NCBI GenBank assembly: GCA_977030845.1
Contig: OZ365115.1
Coordinates: 11,098,001 to 11,162,000 of the forward strand
Reading direction: 5' to 3'
Length of the DNA stretch: 64,000 bases
From: Fimbriosthenelais zetlandica
Lineage: Eukaryota
Shown here: positions 1 through 12,235 of the stretch, piece after piece
How the letters are laid out: each line of letters starts with the position of its first letter
Numbering within the stretch: the stretch's first letter is position 1
Made by a program: the position numbers and the translations under genes
The notes under the pieces: model-generated
Databases searched by the model: none
What the model was told of the DNA's origin: nothing
What the model saw: the letters and a program-made list of their open reading frames with translations, nothing else

Positions 1-163
1 ATCAAGAAAATCTACATAAAAGCATCAGTCCATTTCATAAGAGATAATAAATAAGAATTAATGAAATGGTCACTCTGGATAACGATATTCAAAGCTAAAA
101 TATAGTTTTTTAACATGATTGGTAAAATCCTTTCTAAAAGTCCTAAATAAAATTGATTTTTTT

Positions 164-2464
164 TCAGTGAGTTGGCACTGACGGTTCATTATTGGTTTTG
201 TGCAGATTTGAACCAGCCAAACTTGCTTGTAAGTCTTGGCAGAAGTTAGATAGAGCATCTCCAGCCTGGGGACCATGGGAGACGTGTAGATTAGAGGTGA
301 GATTGGATCTCTGAGAGGCGGCTGAGGAGGTCCTGTCAGACCTGGCTGGGTTCTGTGGTCGGGGGAGGGGGGTGTGGATTTTTAACGGGGGTCTGGAGGA
401 GGAGGTGCTGAGGGCCGAGTCAGAGCAGTTTCCTAAAACGCCAACAGATGGCGTTTCTTTTCCTGAAGGCTGTAAAATAAGAAAATTAGACGTTTAGTAT
501 TGGATTCCCCTGCTTCAGATTGAGTGTCAGTAAGGTGAATATTTGAACTTTCTTGTGAAATATGACTTGTGTTCGGTCGTTTTAATTTCCCTTTCTCTTG
601 AGAGATGGCCTAATCATGCGAACCGTAACGGCTATTGATGTTGCAATGATCATGAAAACACTTTTGTATATTTATTAGTATTTGTGGAAAGGGTGTCTTC
701 TATGACATATATTTCAGTTAGTGAAACATGCTATATAATAATTACACAAATAGAAATACTATGTGACAATTTGTGTGAAGTTGATGAACATCTAAAGACT
801 TACAAACTTCATTTTGTCCACTCTGCACAAGCCAAGTGTAACAATACAATTCAACACTTCAACGAGTGAAACTCATCAATTGAAAGCGGATGTTGCCATT
901 TTTTTAAATTATGATAAATTGTAATTTATAAATACTTTAAAATGTCCAAAATTCAATGGTATTTTGCATGGGTAGAATATGGTAGGTACAATACATACTT
1001 GTTAATCCGTGGGGCGGTAGGGATGTGTAGGAGATGTTTGGCTGTATATTCTGAGAACTCTGGCCACTTGCCGACTCTAGCCTCCCTCATGGCACACTCT
1101 GCCCGTTTGGCCTCCTCGTATTGAGCCATGGTCTTGGGTTGAACTGATTCTAGTACACCAGTACGGTTTAGAGGTACAGTAGACTGGAACCATGTGGTAC
1201 GAGCTGCAACAAGGGGAACCCAGTACGTTCATTATTAAATGCCCATCTGATCATTTATTTTTTAATGTAAATTAAAACAATTACTTAATTAACCGAGGTT
1301 ATAGTTTCTAATTAGCATAGAAACTATAACCTCGGTTAATTAAGTAATTGATTAATTTAGAGTTTCAAGAATATCCTCTTTTTTCGACAGTTGTGTTTTT
1401 AAGGATTGTGAAAACGTATGAATGTAAAGAGCTTACATGGATATCTCTGAGCATAGTAACCATCAGCAGGCCTCCCACAGTCCATGACGACACGTCCTGG
1501 ATAATTAGCCGGGTTACGTCGGTACATGTCAATAGTCGTGTACCGATCTATGCTCTCTCCAAAGAAATGACTCCTCGTCCTCTCTCCTAAAAAACATAAA
1601 ATTCAGATTGAAACCTCACAATAGACTCTTAAGTTATAACCTCATAAAATAATTTATAGGACACATTCTGGAATAGGGGTATTGGTTCACTATAAATAAT
1701 ATATTTAAAGTCACCTGATTTATTTGGCCCCCATCTAGCTGAAGCTCGTCCTCGGCAGGTGTTGTACTCCTCGGGTGAAATACGGTTAAACTGGAAATCT
1801 ATCCAACCGTACGGCTGTGATCCAGACACTCCACGAATCAGATGCTGGTTCGTCACCTGAGGTAAGAACAGAGACGTTTAATGAAGTCTGAAGGTCTGTT
1901 TACTAATTATAATAAATATTTTAATAAATAATATTAGATCTAGTTAAGGTTCAGCATGTGAATTTGAGATAATCTACGGGTACTTGCGAACAAATTATAG
2001 GAACTGTTTGAAATTTCCAATGACCAATCTGGATACATTTATAATATCAAAATTAATACATTGTTGCTGGAAATTATACTAGAATCTAGTCTAACCAACC
2101 TGGCAGTAGCGATCCAGATACTGGCGACCACCGGGTTTGTTGGGCAGGTTTAAAGTCTTTTCTGCACGGATGGTATGGAAGAATGGCGAGACTTCCTAAA
2201 ATAAATAAATCATGATATTTAGGAATTTAGGCTTCAAAATATCCACTACCTCAAGTAAAGTTATAGTGTAGACTGTCAAGTTTGGCACCTGTCTTTGACT
2301 TGTCTTTATCAGGCAACTAATTAATTTTGTCCATTATAATATTTTTAATATTCTTAGAGCACCTTGTTGATATTTTTGATTTGTTCCTCTGTCAGCCGGG
2401 TGTATTCATGATTTGGTGTCCTGGGACGTTGTGTCACTTGATCAACTTCTGTCGCCATGTCCAT
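164..2464 (-). CDS. Uncharacterised protein, 6 coding exons (243 aa or 334 aa depending on last donor)
   Basis: Exons 2464-2363, 2195-2100, 1856-1715, 1586-1437, 1203-999 (or -995), 469-433 (or -164). All have GT-AG boundaries and continuous phase: MDMATEVDQVTQRPRTPNHEYTRL...EVSPFFHTIRAEKTLNLPNKPGGRQYLDRYCQVTNQHLIRGVSGSQPYGWIDFQ...DCGRPADGYYAQRYPSRTTWF...GKWPEFSEYTAKHLL. An acceptor at 2528-2529 implies an upstream non-coding exon. No family recognised. Confidence 0.8.
1278..1350. repeat. Perfect 33-bp inverted repeat with 7-nt loop (intronic hairpin / collapsed MITE)
   Basis: caattacttaattaaccgaggttatagtttcta-attagca-tagaaactataacctcggttaattaagtaattg; the arms are exact reverse complements. 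Confidence 0.9.
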
Positions 2465-2650
2465 GATAAAGATTGAAGTTGAAATGAAGGTGGTTTGGAG
2501 ATTTTTTTGTTTTGGTGCCCAGGATCACTGGAAATTTATAAAACAAACAAAAATGTTCCACATCAAAAAGACAAAATATAAGTATAACTTGAAATCCTGT
2601 TCATTTAATCTTTCATTAGATTAGACTTAGAATAAGTTAGTGTGAACTCA

Positions 2651-2698
2651 TAGTCATACCATCGAGCAAATATCAATTTTTGCTCGATGGTCATGCTA
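2651..2698. repeat. 48-bp TAG...CTA hairpin element
   Basis: The accatcgagcaaa / tttgctcgatggt 13-bp stem lies inside tag...cta ends; no TSD visible. Confidence 0.6.
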
Positions 2699-2809
2699 TG
2701 AAAGACCCAAACATGACACTTTGTCTGACAGTGACACCTTAAAAATCTTGAACAGGGCAATCACATGGCATGGCATGAGGTGATGGGAGGGGCAGAGCCA
2801 GGGCAGAGC

Positions 2810-2859
2810 TAGCCTGCATAGCTGTCCCCAATGGGACCCGAGGCGAATATTTTTGTCTA
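2810..2859. mobile_element. 50-bp non-autonomous micro DNA transposon (TAG...CTA ends, 9-bp TSD)
   Basis: tagcctgcatagctgtcccc...gaatatttttgtcta is flanked by gggcagagc at 2801-2809 and 2860-2868; a second copy lies at 3769. Confidence 0.75.
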
Positions 2860-2949
2860 GGGCAGAGCCACTCTCTCAGCCTTGAGCGGGGCGGGAAAGC
2901 ACACAAAACAGAGGATCAATATATTTTAGATAGAAAGCTCCCTGAAGAT

Positions 2950-3580
2950 TTACCTCACCCGCGATACAAATGAAATATCCAATAGGTAACAAACACGGCA
3001 GCTCGTTCCGTACGTGATTAAAGCCAATAATGACAATCGTTACAGTACGTTCCGATTCTTGGTGAAAACTTCTGCCACCCAAGCCCGTCTGCAGAGATTT
3101 GTTTACAAGATGGCGGCGGCGTAACCAAGTTGTGTCCGGCGCTATTATCTTCAAAATGAAATAATACTGTTGTATCAGAGAAGCCAATAGAAGTCTGAAA
3201 TACTTAAAATTCAGACAGATTTGATTTTCTTTTCAACTAGGATTTAGAATAAATAATTATAAAATACCTTGGATCATTTATTAACAAATAGCTGCATTCA
3301 AAATCTTCAGTGCGGGACAGTCCTATTTTCCGTTAATGGCCGCCTTTGGAGCTCATTTCTGGATCGAGTAAAACAACTTAACGATAACAAGTACGTATTT
3401 CTGGGATACTCGCAGGGATAAGACTATCACTGAGATTCATAAGTAGGCTGGCACCCTTTTGTGTCACTGTATAAATCCGGGATATTTGTTAAGATCGTTT
3501 GACACAGGTTTTTCTTCGCCGATTTGTGTGCCGCGTGACGGTCGGTGACTCGGTCTGTCTACTTGGATGTCATGTATTTT
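2950..3580. promoter_or_regulatory. Putative divergent promoter region for GMPS and the upstream minus-strand gene
   Basis: Head-to-head gene starts and local CpG enrichment. YY1-type caagatggcggc at 3106-3117, CCAAT near 3184, TATAAAT at 3470-3476. The GMPS ATG is preceded by an acceptor at 4439-4440, so a 5'UTR exon must lie upstream. TSSs not determinable. Confidence 0.5.
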
Positions 3581-3768
3581 TAGTGCTTCCTCTTTCGTCT
3601 CTAGGTTATTTGAGACGTGGATCAATTAACATCAATCTGTCAACGTTCTTATCAAATTTATGGTTCAGATCGGGTACTTTTGTGTTCAATTTAAAATGTC
3701 CATTGCCTGAAAGAAATGTAACGTTTAACCACATTCTGAAGTCATAGACTACGGAGTACGGTATGACC

Positions 3769-3830
3769 TAGCCTGCATAGCTGTCCCCACTCTGGTAGCG
3801 GAATGGGACCCGAGACGAATATTTTGTCTA
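3769..3830. mobile_element. 62-bp copy of the same micro DNA transposon (9-bp TSD)
   Basis: tagcctgcatagctgtcccc[actctggtagcgg]aatgggacccgagacgaatattttgtcta is flanked by ggtatgacc at 3760-3768 and 3831-3839. Confidence 0.75.
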
Positions 3831-4442
3831 GGTATGACCATAGTCATAGACGTAGATAGATCTACATCTATGGTATGACATAGTCGTAGGCCCTGGGCCA
3901 TTGTGAAACCCTGTGACAAGACAGGCTTGTCTCAATATTGAAGTAGGCCTTGCTATCAGTTCAACTTGTCTGGGTGGTGTGCAGTCAATGTACCATTCTT
4001 TACTTATTAGTCGGATTTGAGAGGTGCGACAGGGACTGAAGCGAAGGGTGGGTCTATGGAGACCGGCCGCCAGGCTATAGTGTATTGGCTATTGCGAGAG
4101 TGGAGGTAACACACAGACTCTCAGTCACAGACTGTTACAGACAGTTTTCAATTGTCCACAAAGATTCACAATCCATTGTTGCTAGCCTGTACCATTATAT
4201 CTAAGTCTATGAATATTCCCACACACAACCATTGGCGACATATGCATTTATGACTGTTTAAATGTTCTGCAATATTTAGTGAATAGAATTGGAGTGCTCG
4301 TAATTCATTTCCAAATAGCCTGTAGATAATAATCATGTTTTTGATTTTAATTTTAATACCCCAGGCCCTCGATGTATTTAATACCCCTCGATGTAATTAT
4401 AGTTGAGCATTATTGAATATCAAATTTGCTTATTTTGCAGCT

Positions 4443-7400
4443 ATGTCAACTGGGGCCAACCACACTAACGGCCTCATGCCTGCTGAACGTGTAGCCATCC
4501 TAGACGCCGGCGCCCAATATGGAAAGGTATTTATTAACGTGTAACATTATTTGAGAGTTGCCGGTATCTATTTAATTTTGTTATAAATCTTTTAATCATA
4601 TTTAATCCCTCATCCAGGTCATTGACCGGCGCGTCAGAGAGCTGAGCGTTGCTGCTGAAATCTTGCCCCTGGACACACCTGCTCAGATGCTCAAAGACCA
4701 AGGTTTCAAGTAAGAAAATAACCTTAAATGTGAATAAATTGCAAAATAATTCTTACGAAATTCCTTCCTTACTGATAACTTACCTCACTATAGCCGCAGT
4801 CACTTCGTATAACGCCATGTTATAATTGGTGCCATTTGTACTGTTTCATGTTTAAATATATTTAGAAATCTCATCTAATATTTTGTTTCTAGGGCTATCA
4901 TCATATCTGGTGGACCAAGCTCAGTGTATGCTGCAGATGCGCCCTCCTACGACCCTCAGATCTTCCGATGCGGCCTGCCTCTCCTCGGAATCTGCTATGG
5001 CATGCAGGTATACCAGTCTTCCTTTATTTCCTTCTCCCTAATAATGAACATAATCCCTAGTGGTATATTTCGCTCAGTTACTCTGTCAAATACCCTTTCA
5101 TTCACACATACTATATTGTAATTATTTTTAAATTATAGATTGAATAATTCAAGTAATGAAATATTACATTCAAATTCTGTTTTAGATGCTGAACAAGGAA
5201 TTTAGTGGCACGGTACATCGTTCAGAGGGGCGGGAAGATGGACAGTTTACTATACAAGTGGAAACAAAGTCACCACTTTTCAAGTGAGTTTTTTTTTTAT
5301 ATTTTAACAACTTGGACCTACAATGGATTATATAATTATCTTTGATTGGCCTTTATCGTTGATTTGGACTTATATTAAATCGATGGAAAATTAGATTATT
5401 AACCCTTTTTCTACATGTGTAATATGTTTTCAGGGGACTGAAGAAGGAGCAGAATGTCCTACTGACACATGGAGACAGTGTGGATAAAATTGGCAAAGAT
5501 CTTAAAGCCATCGCCCACTCCGGTAAAGTTATAGCAGGTGAGCACTGACAATATTATATGTTTACTAAATGTGAGGGTACCGGTACTACACCCGTCAAAT
5601 AAGACTGTGAAAAAGTGTTCACTTTTCAGAGGTGTCAGACAGTTAATAAAGATTGACTGTTGTCATTGCAGGCATCGCTAATGAGAAGTTAAAGTTGTAC
5701 GCTGTTCAGTTCCACCCCGAGGTGGACCTGTCAGATAACGGGACGGCCATGATGAAGAACTTCCTGTATGAAGTGGCTAAATGTAAGGGTACCTACACCA
5801 TGAAGTCACGAGAAGCTGCATGCCTCAAATATATCAGAGAAACGGCCGGAGACCACAAAGTTCTCGTGAGTAAACGATTTTCATTATAGAAAATAATTAA
5901 AAAATTAATTCCATGTAATAAAACTAGGATATTATAGCCAAGGATGGTATATAGCTCTGGAGAAAAAGTTTCTTTGTTCTTTAATTTAAGGAAAGCTCTA
6001 AGGTTGTTGCTGTCGTTTCCCTCCAGTGTTGCTAATCGGGTTATGAATTCAGCTTGACTGTGTGTGTTATTTGTGTTATCTAGATGTTAGTCAGTGGCGG
6101 TGTGGACTCTACCGTCTGTGCTGCGCTCCTCCATAAGGCCCTTAAAGAGGACCAGGTCGTGGCTTTACACATCGATAATGGCTTCATGCGCAAAGACGAG
6201 AGCCATAAAGTCTTCGAAAGTCTACAAAATATTGGCCTTAAATTAAGAGGTAACCCATAAATTTAAGTACATGTATTTTGGGGCAATTTTGTGATTAAAA
6301 ACTTCGTCTTTTTTTAATGTTTACAGTATTACAATTCCATATCTAAAAGGATTATTAAAAAAAATCAAAATCACTGCTTATTTTGAAACAATGTACCCTT
6401 TACACAATTATCCATGGAATTTTATTGTACTAATTTATAGGATTTACTAAATTAAAATGATTAATTAATTGAAAGAATTTTCCAGGGAACTCTTGATGCA
6501 ATTTCTTATATGTGTTTCAGTCCATTTACTCACAGACAATTTTATTTTACAGCTGTAAATTCAGCCCATACCTTCTATAATGGAACAACTAACATCCCTC
6601 TAGACAGGTCTGATCCCACCTCGCGGAAACGTAAATCTAAACCCCTCAACCAGACCTGTAACCCCGAGGAGAAACGGCTCATCATAGGCGACACCTTCAT
6701 GAATGTAAGTTATTTTTGCGTCATAAAAATTGCTACCCATTTTCCCCATTATTTCGGGCACTGCTATAGCTACAACTCGCCTCCAAGCTACTACCCTACA
6801 CTGGAACCGACCGCTGCTATAATAGTTCCTGGTTGAATATTGCTATTTCATTTGTTACAGGTTGCAAATGAACTAATTGAGGAATTGAATCTCAGACCAG
6901 AGGATGTATACCTAGGACAAGGTAAAATAGTTTTATTTGATATGCAAATTTATGAAATTTCTTTATGCAAATCTGATAGGATGTGCTTCACGGTAAAAAG
7001 CCTGTATATTTTCTTATGTGGTATAATTGGCTCTCGTATTTGTAGGTACATTACGCCCAGATTTAATAGAGAGTGCTTCAGAATTAGCCAGTAACAAAGC
7101 GGAAGCCATTAAAACCCACCACAACGACACAGACCTGGTCCGCGAACTCCGCAAACAGGTAGGTCACTTCTTCATACGGGGAATTGATTTTTGTGTAAAT
7201 TTGTTTATTTTAAAAACGAAGTATGCTGCATCCGAAAACTATTCTATAAATTATGACCATATATAAGACCGTCTTGAATTTTAGAGGTGTTTAGAGGTGT
7301 TCTGACGTCAGAGGCGTCTACTCATGGAGGTTTGACTCTTTCTCTATTCCAGGGCCGGGTAGTGGAACCACTGAAGGACTTCCATAAGGATGAGGTTCGT

Positions 7401-9728
7401 GTGATAGGTAAGGACCTGGGTTTACCTGTAGAGCTGGTTCAGCGTCATCCGTTCCCTGGACCTGGTCTAGCTATCAGGATCCTCTGTGCTGACGAGACTT
7501 ACATGGAGAGAGACTACGCCGAGACGTGTATTCTACTGAAAATTATCACAGACTATGTTAACGCCGTCAAAAAGGTCAGTTATTTTTAGGATTAGGTGAT
7601 TTGGTTATTGTGTTATTTAAAAAAAACATATATATCGTGTAGGGTTTTACGTGTATTAAAAAAAAAATTAAATTGTTGTAACTCAGACCAATTTATGTCC
7701 TGGAAAAATCCTGGACTAGACCTGAAAGCTTAGTCCTTAGCCCTCTCAACAATTATTCCAAATTATTCCCATTTCCATCTTCATCCATTCCCATCTGTAA
7801 AGACTTATAAACAGTATAAACCTGCCGTGGAAATTATATGCTATTGTCCTAGATATGTCCTGGACATTTGTGGAACCACCTCAGCACATACCTTTCACCT
7901 TTGCCTGAAATGTGTTCCTCATAATCAGCAGAAGCTGTGATGAGTATGTTGTTTTGTTCTAGCCTCACGCCTTGTTGAGCCGGGTACGGAATGGTACTAG
8001 TGAAGCAGAACAAGCCTTGTTAACCTCCATCAGTTCTAATGACGATCTTATAGCTACACTCCTCCCCATCAAGACAGTCGGCGTCCAGGTACATACACAT
8101 CTATTTAATATCCTTTTTAATTTTGTTTATAATTAAACATACAGCTTTCATTCAATATTAAACGTGCAAATATAGGTTCACTGAACATCCTTGGATGCTT
8201 GTACCATGATCTTCCACCTATCACTGATATTTCATAAACCCTAAACCATTATGTCCTTACATAAAGGAAAACTTTTTAAAACACCCCTTTTAATTAGGTT
8301 TCAGTGTATTTATCATTTGTATCTTCCCACAGGGAGACTGTCGGACGTACAGTTATGTAGCAGCACTCTCTTGTGATCAGAATCCTAACTGGAGCAGCCT
8401 GGCCACACTTGCCAAGATCATCCCCAGTGTCTGTCACAATGTTAATAGGTTTGTTCACTCTTCATTTCTCTCATTGCTATAGACTCTATAGATTAGTAAA
8501 TCTTCCATCTAGTGAATACTACTCGGAAAATCTTCTAGTATTCTATAATCATAGGAATCTGTATACGAGACCTCAAGAACTTGGGACTTCGTTAATCTGA
8601 GAATACGTTCTGAATAGACTAGATTTTCCTAATTAAATATAGCAAAATTCTTACTAAGTACATGCTATGTATAGCAAGATTACTTCTAATGAATTACTAT
8701 TGTATCAACATAATGTATTGCATCCAGCCTTATGGCCCAAACTAATGCTTATTTTGAATGACGAAAATACAAAATGAGGGTCCCGCACACCTGCTGGAGT
8801 TGTTAACATGTTCTCTTTTCTGTATGTAGGGTGGTGTTCGCCTTTGGTGGGGCTATTAAGGAACCAGTCCAGGACATCACGCCCACCCTCCTAACCCCGG
8901 GTGTGCTCTCCAAACTCCGCCAGGTCGATGCTGTGGCCAACAAAGTCCTCCACGACACAGGTAATTTACCCAACAATTAATGTGTTTTGAGTTAGTGTTA
9001 ACTTTCTGTGTTCTCATGGAGCTAATGGCCAATATTAATATTGGACAAATACCGAATATATAGCTGAAAGTACCAGAATCAGTTGCATATTATCCCCCTG
9101 AAAATATAAATTTTTGCTGTAGTATTTAGCTGTAAAGGAAGTTTAAAGTATTGTAAAGGAAGTTTTAAAATCCTTGGACTAAATTTTATCCATAATTGAC
9201 CAAAATAATTTCTGTCAGGCCATGATCACAGCCTATGTCCTCTTAGCTTCTGATATGCTTGGATGAAAGGATTTGATGTAAGATGTTTATTAAATATTTG
9301 TTCTCCACCACAGAGTGCTCGGGGAAGCTGAGTCAGATGCCTATCGTCTTGATCCCGCTACATTTTGACCGGGATCCTAGCCAGCACATCCCCTCCTGTC
9401 AGCACTCAGCTGTCATCCGTACATTCATGACACATGACTTCATGACAGGCACTGCTGCCATACCAGACAAACACATCCCCTCACAGGTAATTATAAATCA
9501 TCAAAATAGCCCTCTATTTTTCACATAATTGAAACCGAGACTGTGACACATCGTTATAAACCCTTTTTTAATTAATTAAAGGTTTAAATTTTAGCGTATG
9601 AAATATATATTGTTGTTTTATTTCAGGTGGTAGCTAAGATGGTAGAGGAGATGCTGAAGGTTCAGGGCATCTCACGAGTCTTATACGATCTCACATCTAA
9701 ACCTCCCGGGACCACGGAGTGGGAATAA
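4443..9728 (+). CDS. GMPS: GMP synthase [glutamine-hydrolysing], 16 exons, 682 aa
   Basis: Exons 4443-4526, 4618-4709, 4893-5007, 5186-5283, 5434-5537, 5672-5865, 6084-6249, 6553-6704, 6861-6921, 7046-7158, 7353-7574, 7963-8088, 8333-8448, 8830-8960, 9314-9486, 9627-9728 (2049 nt, in phase). Hallmark motifs: [24 protein letters not shown] (catalytic Cys), [14 protein letters not shown] (PP-loop), [23 protein letters not shown]-terminal [14 protein letters not shown]. Confidence 0.98.
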
Positions 9729-11884
9729 CAAATCTAGCCTCCCTAGCCATTTATCACATTGAGTTAAAATCACTTCTAGTTACCTGTAGATAAAATGTCA
9801 TTCAGAATGGAAACATTCAGTGATGCAAATTCCAGGCAATTGGCAAATTTAAGATTTTACACTTCAGCCGGATCTAAATTACAGAAAGCTGTTTTTTAAT
9901 TTCACAGAATTTCTCTACAATGAGGAATCTCTAGAATGAGAAAGTCCATGGGCTATCAGAATGAATTAACAACAAATTGTCATTGATATTTAGAATTAAT
10001 ATTTTGTGAAATTTTCCCCCAAATATGTGATTTGTCATTGCCTGATTTGCATGGTTGGGTTGTGTACATGTATAACCCTATATCTGGGGTGCATAGGTCC
10101 ACTTGATTCAAGAGGTGGCCCTATACATGAATTAATTTTTTTGGGTTTAATATTTGTAGTTGTTGGGAAGAAAGGAATTGAGGGGCAGCTGGTGGGAATG
10201 GGCATTGCCATGGATGGGGGAAGGAGTGGGTGGCCGGGGGTCGGGTGGCGAAACGGGATTGAGTGTTAAAACTGTGACATATTCTACGACTGTGAAATGC
10301 TCTCTTATTTGATTTGATTAATGAAAAATCGCGGAAATAACAGTGAAAATGATTTGTATTCTTAAGGTTTTATATATTTTCCATGTATTCTATTTGTTGT
10401 TTTAGGATTTTCTGTTGAGGGTGTGTCAAATGTAGGTACCCGTTTCACAAGAGTAAACTAAGAGCCGATTGAGAAACAGGTCCGGGATTGAGTAGTTTTT
10501 TGGTGAAAATTAATGTATAATTTAATTGTTTAATATGACAGCGAAACTTCCCAGTGTTATGTATAGGTAGAGTGACTCTGAGTCATACTGTAGTAGTAAA
10601 GGAATATAACAGATCTGACAAACTTTCACTATAGTAACTATGATACATTATGGAGTAGAAGAAGCACAGGCAAATTACAAATAATAGTAAACACTCTGTA
10701 TAATGAATAATTTTAGGACTGAGGAAAGGTCCTGGTCCTATATCATGGAAGTGTTCCCTTATCAGATGGGGCCTCATCCAACCTCAAAAACTTGAGACTG
10801 AAAGTGCATCGACAACTTTGGGGATAATTATCGAGTGGCTAAACTTTAGGTCTTAATTTCGATGGTTTCCCATCTATTTGGCATGTTATCTTGTTGGCAT
10901 GTTTCATTCTGTTACATAAATATGTTTCTGACTTTTCCTACCTGACGGACGTAGCCTGCAGGGTTTTCTATTTCAGGATATAGCCACTCGGGTATTATCC
11001 CCTAAATGGAAGTGCTCACTAAACTGAGGTTTTTGCTGTAATTAAATATTAGAATATAATTTATACCAACCGTAAAAGGTGGTTTTCTTGGAAATTTTCT
11101 TTTGCTAATTTTAAAATATATTTAAAGACAGCATGAACATGATGTTTTTCAACTTAACTTGCTTGACGTACAATTTGCCGTACGTGAGTGATTTTCAGTG
11201 TTTATTATGATTTATATATATGACATTTCTTTTCATGAAAAAAAATCTTAATTCTTGCAGCTGTGTGTGCTCCTCACTTGCGTTTGTAAATATATTATAT
11301 AACCGATAGCTGACTATGTAAAACCGGTGATCCCTTTGAGGATTTCGATATTTTTCATTCCCCAATCGATATTTTGTCAGTTCTCTGTGTTTTTTTAATT
11401 AAAGAGATCTCGAATTAATGTAAACGTGATGTATACATCATGAATGTCTAATACTAAATACTGATGTGTTTCTAACATAATTCCACATTGTAATCTGGTT
11501 TCTAGTTCAAAAAAACTTGGGAATAGTTTCCAAATTTTACACCAGTACATTAAAAAAAATACGAAAATAATAAATATTTAGATCTCACCTCACTTTCGGT
11601 GTTCCAGGATCTGTTTTTCTTTCAATAAAATACATGTATATATATTTGAATTTCAATTCAATTTAGTGTTATATCAGTATTTCTTCATACGTTGTAAATA
11701 GATTCTCTCGCGTTCTAGGCCTTGTGATATGTTGTACACCAGCAGGACAACCGGGCAGTCAGTGGCGCAATGACAGGCGGAAGTATGCGAGCGCCTGGCC
11801 CTGGCAGCTGCGCAATGAAGCATGAGACGTAGCTTGATCCATAGAACTAGTTCTATGCTTGATAATAGCAGAATAGGTCATCCT

Positions 11885-11952
11885 TCTGCCATTAGTCTAG
11901 AGGCAAGGCACTGACATTCAACGTGAGCGACCGGGGTTCAATTCTCCGTCGA
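11885..11952 (+). mobile_element. tRNA-derived (SINE-type) Pol III head, degenerate
   Basis: ttagtctagaggcaagg (A-box-like) ... gaccggggttcaattctccg (B-box/T-arm); acceptor and anticodon stems do not pair. Confidence 0.65.
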
Positions 11953-12163
11953 TTCAAACGTTTTTCTGCTCCATGGGTCGCTCGGCCTACACATTTATTT
12001 GATGACGGTGAGCCTTCTTCAGCGACCTCACCGAGCACCCCTAGCGCCACCTGTACCACCAGGCGGGAACCAAGCTATGATAGCTGCTGCTATCTAAAAG
12101 ATCCCTTCCCCAATGAACACTACTCAGCTATATGTGTAGCGATCCAGCTGCGAAAAGGGATTT

Positions 12164-12235
12164 ACAAGACGGGGAATCGAACCCCGGTCTCTCTCGTTAC
12201 AGGCCAGTGTCTTACCTCTATAGACTACCTGGCTC
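12164..12235 (-). mobile_element. tRNA-derived Pol III head, opposite orientation
   Basis: Reverse complement tagtctatagaggtaagac...gagaccggggttcgattccccg; the 3' part matches the metazoan tRNA-Asp T-arm region. Confidence 0.7.
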
